From the NCBI GenBank assembly GCA_002928495.1, contig PERF01000001.1, forward strand, positions 5,992-69,991: 64,000 nt of DNA, given 5' to 3'. The position numbers were made by a program, and so were the translations under genes. This document shows positions 58,050 through 64,000 of this stretch, one piece after another. The stretch's first letter is position 1. The number at the start of each line of letters is the position of its first letter. The stretch comes from Methylobacter sp. (GTDB lineage: Bacteria; Pseudomonadota; Gammaproteobacteria; Methylococcales; Methylomonadaceae). The notes beneath the pieces are model-generated. The model had not been told where the DNA came from and ran no database searches. It saw only the letters and a list, made by a program, of their open reading frames with translations.

Positions 58050-60140
58050 ATGGATACCACTGTCTCCGCTACGACAATCACCGATCTGCAAGATCCCGAG
58101 CTTTATATCAACCGTGAATTGAGTTTGCTCGCTTTCAACAAACGTGTGCTGGCGCAAGCCACCGATGACCGTGTGCCACTGCTGGAACGGCTTAATTACT
58201 TGTGCATATCTTGCTCGAACTTGGATGAGTTTTTTGAAGTCCGGGTCGCCAGCGTCATACAAATGGCGGCTATCGATCCAAACGCCTTGGGCAGCGACGG
58301 CTTAACACCCGCCGAGCAGTTGCAGAAAATAGCCGTGGAGGCGCATAAGCTGGTTGATGATCAATATCAAGCATTGAATAATCTACTGATTCCGGAACTG
58401 GAGCAGCAAGGTATTCGATTTGTCCGCCGCAAGCATTGGACGGATTCGCAGCACAAATGGCTGGAACACTATTTCACTGAACAGCTGTTGCCGATTTTGA
58501 CGCCTATGGGCTTGGATTCCGCGCATCCTTTTCCACGCATACTCAATAAAAGCTTAAATTTCATCATCTCGTTAACCGGCAAGGACGCCTTCGGCCGTAA
58601 CAGCGGCCGCGCGATATTACAAGCGCCCAGAGCCTTGCCGCGCATTATCCAGTTGCCCGCCGAGGAAACCAACAGCGGGCCTTATGATTTTGTATTTTTG
58701 TCTTCAATCATTCATGCTTTTATCGATGGCTTGTTTAACGGCATGACGGTCAAAGGCTGTTTTCAATTCCGGGTTACCCGCAACAGCGATTTTTTTGTTG
58801 ACGATGATGCCATCGACGACCTTTTGCTGGCTGTTGAAGGCGAGCTGGCAATGCGTAACTACGGCGATGAAGTCAGGCTGGAAGTGGATGCACAATGTCC
58901 GGAAGAAACCGTAAAGTTTCTTCTTGACCGTTTTGAGATGACGCATGATCAGCTCTACCTTTGCAATGGCCCGGTAAATCTAAACAGGCTACAAGAAATT
59001 ATCAAACTGGTGGAGCGCGTCGACCTTAAGTTTCCACCCTTTAAACCGTGCGTGCCTTCGCAACTGGCAAGGAATAAAGATTTTTTCGCCGCAATTCGGC
59101 GCAGCGATATTTTACTGCATCACCCGTTTGAGTCCTTCGCCCCGGTGATAGAATTTTTACGGCAGGCAGCCACGGATCCCGATGTGTTGGTTATCAAACA
59201 GACTTTATACCGCACAGGGACGGATTCACCCATAGTCAACGCTTTAGTCAAAGCCGCCAAGGCAGGCAAGGAAGTGACCGTGGTGATCGAGTTACGTGCG
59301 CGTTTTGATGAAAAAGCCAATATCAATCTGGCATCCAAGTTACAGGAAGCGGCAGTGCATGTGGTGTATGGGGTGGTCGGTTATAAAACCCACGCCAAAA
59401 TGTGTTTAGTGCTAAGGCGAGAAGGCAAGCAATTGAGAAATTATGTACACGTCAGCACCGGTAACTATCACCCTAAAACGGCGCAAATTTATACCGATTA
59501 TGGTTTGTTCACCTGCGATAAGGAGTTGGGTGAAGATATCCGCCGCGTGTTTGCGCAGCTGACCAGCCTTGGCAAAGTGTCCAAACTGAACAAGCTGCTA
59601 CAATCGCCGTTTACCTTGCATAGCGGAATGATTGAAAAAATTGAACGCGAAATCAGCAATGCCAAAGCCGGAAAGCCGGCCGGTATTGTGATCAAAGTTA
59701 ACGCAGTGGTGGAAGAGTTGGCCATCCAGGCGCTTTACCGCGCATCCCAAGCGGGCGTTAAGGTCAAAATGATCGTGCGCGGCGTGTGTTGCCTGCGGCC
59801 CGGCGTCCCAGGTGTGTCCGATAATATTGAAGTACGTTCGATAGTCGGGCGTTTTCTAGAACATGCCCGGATTTACGCGTTCGAAAATGACGGCGAACGG
59901 GAAATTTTTGCGTCCAGCGCCGATTTGATGAACCGAAACATGTTCCGCCGCGTTGAAGTCTGTTTTCCGATTGAAAATAAAAAGTTACATAACCGGATCT
60001 GGAGCGACTTAAATATCTATCTTAACGACAATACCCAGGCTTGGCTGCTAAAGCCCGACGGCAGCTATGAACGTTTGCAACAAGGTGATGCTGAAGAAAT
60101 TTCGGCTCAAGCGGTTATGCTGGCACAGATGCAGAGTTGA
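58050..60140 (+). CDS. ppk1: polyphosphate kinase 1
   Basis: 696 aa with YINRELSLLAFNKRVL, VVIELRARFDE and KTHAKMCLV (phosphohistidine region). Confidence 0.95.
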   Translation: MDTTVSATTITDLQDPELYINRELSLLAFNKRVLAQATDDRVPLLERLNYLCISCSNLDEFFEVRVASVIQMAAIDPNALGSDGLTPAEQLQKIAVEAHKLVDDQYQALNNLLIPELEQQGIRFVRRKHWTDSQHKWLEHYFTEQLLPILTPMGLDSAHPFPRILNKSLNFIISLTGKDAFGRNSGRAILQAPRALPRIIQLPAEETNSGPYDFVFLSSIIHAFIDGLFNGMTVKGCFQFRVTRNSDFFVDDDAIDDLLLAVEGELAMRNYGDEVRLEVDAQCPEETVKFLLDRFEMTHDQLYLCNGPVNLNRLQEIIKLVERVDLKFPPFKPCVPSQLARNKDFFAAIRRSDILLHHPFESFAPVIEFLRQAATDPDVLVIKQTLYRTGTDSPIVNALVKAAKAGKEVTVVIELRARFDEKANINLASKLQEAAVHVVYGVVGYKTHAKMCLVLRREGKQLRNYVHVSTGNYHPKTAQIYTDYGLFTCDKELGEDIRRVFAQLTSLGKVSKLNKLLQSPFTLHSGMIEKIEREISNAKAGKPAGIVIKVNAVVEELAIQALYRASQAGVKVKMIVRGVCCLRPGVPGVSDNIEVRSIVGRFLEHARIYAFENDGEREIFASSADLMNRNMFRRVEVCFPIENKKLHNRIWSDLNIYLNDNTQAWLLKPDGSYERLQQGDAEEISAQAVMLAQMQS

Positions 60141-60142
60141 CC

Positions 60143-60682
60143 ATGACGGACATTAGAGAAATTGCCCAGCTGGGGGCGCCGGTTCTCAGGCAAAAAGCGC
60201 TTCCCGTAGAGTACCCGGCATCGCCTGAAACCCAAAGCATTATTGCGGCCATGTTTGCGACTTTGGCGAGTACTCAGGGCGTGGGTTTGGCCGCGCCGCA
60301 AATAAGCGAGCCTTGGCGTATCATCATCATCGCCTCACGGCCGACGCCACGCTATCCCTACGCGCCGCTAATGGAGCCGACGGTTATGATTAATCCGGTT
60401 TTTCAGGCCTTATCGAACGATATGGTAAAAGACTGGGAAGGTTGCTTGAGTGTACCGGGGCTTAGAGCCCTGGTGCCACGCTATAAAAGCATAACCATCG
60501 AATACCAGGATCAGCTTGGCCGTACCTGCAGCGATCAATTGGTAGACTTTCCCGCCAGGGTTTTTCAACATGAGCACGATCATTTGGAAGGCCGTGTCTA
60601 CCTTGATAGCGTGGAGAATAACCACGATATTTTTGCTGAAAGCGAGTATTTTAAGCAGTTTGCCGGCACGACAACGGCTTAA
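60143..60682 (+). CDS. def: peptide deformylase
   Basis: All three motifs are intact: GVGLAAPQ, EGCLSVPG and QHEHDHLEG. ATG 60143 lies 2 nt after the ppk1 stop. Confidence 0.92.
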   Translation: MTDIREIAQLGAPVLRQKALPVEYPASPETQSIIAAMFATLASTQGVGLAAPQISEPWRIIIIASRPTPRYPYAPLMEPTVMINPVFQALSNDMVKDWEGCLSVPGLRALVPRYKSITIEYQDQLGRTCSDQLVDFPARVFQHEHDHLEGRVYLDSVENNHDIFAESEYFKQFAGTTTA

Positions 60683-60737
60683 AACAGTGCCGTCCTGCCG
60701 GAAATGATTTCACTTTCGCATGACTCAGTGCTAGCCG

Positions 60738-61142
60738 TTATTTTACAAAACAACTTTTTTCCGCGTAGTCTTCGGCTTCCTTGAGCTTTTTGCGTAAATC
60801 TTTGGCACGTTTAGGGTCTCTGAATACCGAACCGCCTTCGCCGGGCAGATTTTTCAGATAAGAAATGGTTTTAGCGGCGTCGTATTCCTCAAAAGGCATC
60901 TTCTCCGCAATTTTATCCACTTTACAGCCGCAGGCGTATTGCGTGATATAAGTCAGCCCGCCGTGTTGAGCAACGCAATTAAATACATATTCAATGCGGT
61001 CTTGAGTCGGGTAATCGCTGACGAAGACTGCGGGCTCGGTTGAAGCTTCCGGGGTTTTTTCGGGAGTAGCGGCACATGCCGATAACAAGGTGGTAAGGGC
61101 TGCGGCTTGAGCGGCTGTAAAAAGTATACGGGTAACTGCCAT
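60738..61142 (-). CDS. hypothetical Cys-containing lipoprotein
   Basis: Lipobox LLSAC after MAVTRILFTAAQAAALTT, and 134 aa counted from ATG 61142. The longer ORF to 61364 would overlap mobA. Confidence 0.55.
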   Translation of the reverse strand: MAVTRILFTAAQAAALTTLLSACAATPEKTPEASTEPAVFVSDYPTQDRIEYVFNCVAQHGGLTYITQYACGCKVDKIAEKMPFEEYDAAKTISYLKNLPGEGGSVFRDPKRAKDLRKKLKEAEDYAEKSCFVK

Positions 61143-61200
61143 GGTAGTGTTATATCCTGTAAGCAATAGAAGTATTTTAACGGGATGAAAGCTTAACATT

Positions 61201-61827
61201 ATGAACCGGCAAACAAAAGTTGCGGGTGTGATTCTGGCGGGCGGTTTGGCTAGACGGATGGGTGGAAAAGACAAAGGCCTGCTTTTGTATAATGGCCAGC
61301 CAATGATTGCCTGTGCTATTAACGCCATGGCCCAGGTGGTTGAGCAATTGGCCATCAATGCCAATCGTAACTTAGAGCAATACCAGGAATTCGGTTATCC
61401 GGTGATAAACGATTTGACCGGCACTTTCGATGGGCCATTGGCGGGCGTTTTGGCGGCGATGACGCGGCTGAATGCCGAGATTTTGTTAACCTTGCCTTGC
61501 GATACCCCGTTAATTGAAGCCGGGCATTTACAAACGTTGCTGACACGGTTCATTGAAACTGACGCTCAAGTGGTTGCCGGATTCGACGGCTCCCGAATAC
61601 AACCCACCATGCTGGCGGTATCGACCGGTTTGCGCGGCAGCTTGCAAAGCTATTTATCGGAAGGAGGGCGCAAAGTTGAAACCTGGCTGAATCGGCACAG
61701 CCTGCAATTGGCCGATTTCAGCCGCGACCCCGGTATATTCGCCAATATCAATACCCCGGACGAATTATCAGCCCGGCAGCGGGAAAGCATGGCCGCCGCC
61801 GGTGCGATAACGGAAAAGCCGGATTAG
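61201..61827 (+). CDS. mobA: molybdenum cofactor guanylyltransferase
   Basis: [21 protein letters not shown]-terminal motif, LPCDTP, and a size of 208 aa. Confidence 0.9.
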   Translation: MNRQTKVAGVILAGGLARRMGGKDKGLLLYNGQPMIACAINAMAQVVEQLAINANRNLEQYQEFGYPVINDLTGTFDGPLAGVLAAMTRLNAEILLTLPCDTPLIEAGHLQTLLTRFIETDAQVVAGFDGSRIQPTMLAVSTGLRGSLQSYLSEGGRKVETWLNRHSLQLADFSRDPGIFANINTPDELSARQRESMAAAGAITEKPD

Positions 61828-62297
61828 GATTCTTCCATTTGCGATTGCAGGTAGTTATGGATACCCACTTTTTCGATCAATTCCATTTGGGTTTCCAACC
61901 AGTCCACATGTTCTTCCTCGGACTCTAAAATATCGGTAAAAATTTCCCGGGTGACAAAGTCGTTGGCGGTTTCACAATACGCGATGGCTTCCCGCAGCAA
62001 AGGCAGTGCGATCATTTCCAATTTTAAATCGCACTCAAGCATTTCCTTAGGATTCTCGCCGATCATTAATTTGCCGAGATTTTGCAGGTTAGGCAAACCT
62101 TCCAGAAACAAGATGCGCTCGATGATGCGGTCGGCATGCTTCATTTCGTCGATAGATTCGTGATATTCAACTTCATTAAGCTTTTTTAAACCCCAGTTTT
62201 TAAACATTCTGGCGTGTAAAAAATACTGGTTGATGGCAGTCAGCTCGTTTTCCAGAGCTTTATTCAAATATTCAATAACTTTGGTATCGCCTTTCAT
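61824..62297 (-). CDS. bfr: bacterioferritin
   Basis: [36 protein letters not shown] is the classic Bfr N-terminus with Met52-type heme ligation context. It is 157 aa. Confidence 0.96.
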   Translation of the reverse strand: MKGDTKVIEYLNKALENELTAINQYFLHARMFKNWGLKKLNEVEYHESIDEMKHADRIIERILFLEGLPNLQNLGKLMIGENPKEMLECDLKLEMIALPLLREAIAYCETANDFVTREIFTDILESEEEHVDWLETQMELIEKVGIHNYLQSQMEES

Positions 62298-62342
62298 AAT
62301 GATGTCCCTTTTGAAATTGGTGAAGTGTGAACGCGGCAGCCG

Positions 62343-62531
62343 CTATTGTTGTATATGGGTTTTTGTGTGCATTATAACTTGCTTGAGTAAAACGTTAATG
62401 TCTTTGTTGCACTTACCGCAATCCCGGCCTACACCGAAACATTGATTGAGTTGTTTGCGGGTACAAGCGCCGTTTTCAATCGCTGTTAGAAGCTGTGAAT
62501 CGGTGACTGCCTTACACACACAAATATACAT
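62343..62531 (-). CDS. bfd: bacterioferritin-associated ferredoxin
   Basis: MYICVCKAVTD...CGKC is the 2Fe-2S BFD-like pattern. It lies directly upstream of bfr. Confidence 0.9.
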   Translation of the reverse strand: MYICVCKAVTDSQLLTAIENGACTRKQLNQCFGVGRDCGKCNKDINVLLKQVIMHTKTHIQQ

Positions 62532-62546
62532 GGTCGTTTTAAATTT

Positions 62547-62807
62547 TTAGCGTTTGCGCTTTTTAACCTGCTTAGGATCAGCAGTAATCGGCCGATAAAT
62601 TTCGATGCGGTCGCCTTCTTTTAGCGGGGTATCCATGCTGGCAATTTTGCCGAAGATGCCGACTTTTTGAGTTTCCAGATTAATCTCGGGATACTTTTTT
62701 AACAGCCCGGAAATCGAGATGGCTTGTTCCACCGTGCTATCATCGGGTACTTCCAAGCGCACCCATAATTGACGGTCATATTCTGCATAGCAAACACCAA
62801 CGTTCAT
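62547..62807 (-). CDS. rnfH: RnfH family ubiquitin-like protein
   Basis: 86 aa with VGIFGK...LKEGDRIEIYRPITADPK, following rnfE. Confidence 0.85.
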   Translation of the reverse strand: MNVGVCYAEYDRQLWVRLEVPDDSTVEQAISISGLLKKYPEINLETQKVGIFGKIASMDTPLKEGDRIEIYRPITADPKQVKKRKR

Positions 62808-62816
62808 AATGTCTCC

Positions 62817-63506
62817 TTAGCTCTCCGGAATCGCTTCAGCTGGAATGGTTACTGTTTTTCTTTGTGCTAATTTCTGGTCGATTAAGCGTTTGCCGACGAT
62901 TAAAAAGCCCAGCATGATAAATCCGCCCGGCGGCAAAGCCATCAACAAAAAACCCTTGTATTCGGGAATAACGGTTATTTCTAAAAACTTGAAAGACTCG
63001 CCCAGCAATAACGAGGCATTGGCAAATAACGTTCCGGCGGCCGTTATTTCCCGTGCCGCGCCTAATACCACCAGAACCATGGTAAAGCCCAGGCCTATCA
63101 TAAAGCCGTCCCATAAAGCCTCTTTGACAGGCTGTTTGGAGGCGAAGGCTTCGGCGCGGCCCAGTAAGGCGCAGTTAGTAACGATTAAGGCAATGAATAA
63201 ACCCAGCACTTTATACATTTCATGCGCCCAAGCATTCATTAATATATCCACCAAAGTCACTAAAACCGCTATCAACAAGACAAAAATCGGGATACGGATT
63301 TCGTTAGGGATTAAATGCCGGGTCCAGGAAATTAAACCGTTAGAAGCCGTGATCACCACCAAGGTTGCCAGACCCATGCCCAAACCGTTGGTCGCCGTGC
63401 CGGTTACCGCCAGCAGGGGACATAAGGCAAGATTTTGGCTGAAAACGATATTGTTTTCCCAGATGCCGTTGATGGCGATTTTGCGGTAAGTTTCTGATAA
63501 AGCCAT
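62817..63506 (-). CDS. rnfE: electron transport complex subunit RnfE
   Basis: 229 aa polytopic protein with GIWENNIVFSQNLALCPLLAVT and GLGMGLATLVV, typical of RnfE/RsxE. Confidence 0.92.
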   Translation of the reverse strand: MALSETYRKIAINGIWENNIVFSQNLALCPLLAVTGTATNGLGMGLATLVVITASNGLISWTRHLIPNEIRIPIFVLLIAVLVTLVDILMNAWAHEMYKVLGLFIALIVTNCALLGRAEAFASKQPVKEALWDGFMIGLGFTMVLVVLGAAREITAAGTLFANASLLLGESFKFLEITVIPEYKGFLLMALPPGGFIMLGFLIVGKRLIDQKLAQRKTVTIPAEAIPES

Positions 63507-63516
63507 GACAATGCCT

Positions 63517-64000
63517 CTAAGGATCGATGAGTTCAGCTTGATGGGCTTTAAATAACTGTAAGGCCCGGTAAGTGGCTTGTACGGTTTTGCGTGGGGTAAT
63601 AGTTGCGCCGGTAAATTGATCGAAGACGCCGCCGTCTTTTTTAACCGCCCATTGTGCGGCGGTCAAATTGTCCAGTGATTTGCCTTGGAAACTGGTAACC
63701 CAATCGGATTTGGCGGTTTCTATCTTATCGCCCAGGCCGGGCGTTTCTTTGTGGCTAAGTACCCTCACACCCAAAACATTGCCCTCACGGTCAATGCCGA
63801 TAATCAGGTTGATGGCGCCGGAATAACCGTCAGGCGCGGAAAATTTAAAGCATACGGCGGTGGTTTGGCCGGATTTTTTGGCCAGATACACCAAGGTCTC
63901 AGCGGCGGCAATGTTAAATTCAGCCGAAGCTATGGTTACGGTATCTTCCAGCATGTCGTTATCGTACAGTTCCGATGGCACCACTTCTTCCAGGGAGCTT
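63517..64000 (-). CDS. rnfG: electron transport complex subunit RnfG (N-terminus beyond the window edge)
   Basis: FMN-binding domain motifs ETPGLGDKIE and FTGATITPR. The frame stays open to base 64000. Confidence 0.88.
   Translation of the reverse strand, partial: SSLEEVVPSELYDNDMLEDTVTIASAEFNIAAAETLVYLAKKSGQTTAVCFKFSAPDGYSGAINLIIGIDREGNVLGVRVLSHKETPGLGDKIETAKSDWVTSFQGKSLDNLTAAQWAVKKDGGVFDQFTGATITPRKTVQATYRALQLFKAHQAELIDP

Overview
This looks like a mostly housekeeping chromosomal segment of a gammaproteobacterium. It is probably a methylotroph or methanotroph, an inference from the H4MPT-pathway genes fhcD-fhcC. All calls come from reading the supplied ORF translations and the DNA by eye; no database searches were run. 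Contents in order: a partial diiron protein; the ccmCDEFGHI cytochrome c maturation operon with ATGA-coupled genes; cmoA; a GGCT-like gene plus two unknown proteins; proS; a MASE1-PAS-GGDEF-EAL sensor; a CDF transporter; a secreted S8 protease; tRNA-Leu; tolC and mlaA; fhcD-fhcC; an SBP-GGDEF protein plus a radical SAM gene; the conserved tRNA-Leu/tig/clpP/clpX/lon/hupB/tRNA-Val/tRNA-Asp/ppiD block; fabI; an incomplete peptide-type ABC system; a GNAT; an exosortase-family pair; a type II SQR; an SbmA/BacA-type ABC protein; a GH5 glycosidase; vapBC; a divergent transketolase-family gene; pyk; a large hybrid histidine kinase with an HD-GYP regulator; PA0069-type radical SAM; an ACC-deaminase-family gene; ppk1; def; mobA; bfr-bfd; and rnfH-rnfE-rnfG. 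No CRISPR array, IS element, integrase or prophage was seen. The most notable observations are: (1) lon is split by a clean 1-nt frameshift; (2) a compact XrtH-like exosortase locus, with an S8 protease 22 kb away that ends in an IPTLxxWG-like sorting signal; (3) an ABC half-transporter in which every ATPase motif is degenerate; (4) a binding lipoprotein with an extra C-terminal anchor and an orphan permease. I found no convincing multi-gene novel system beyond these.
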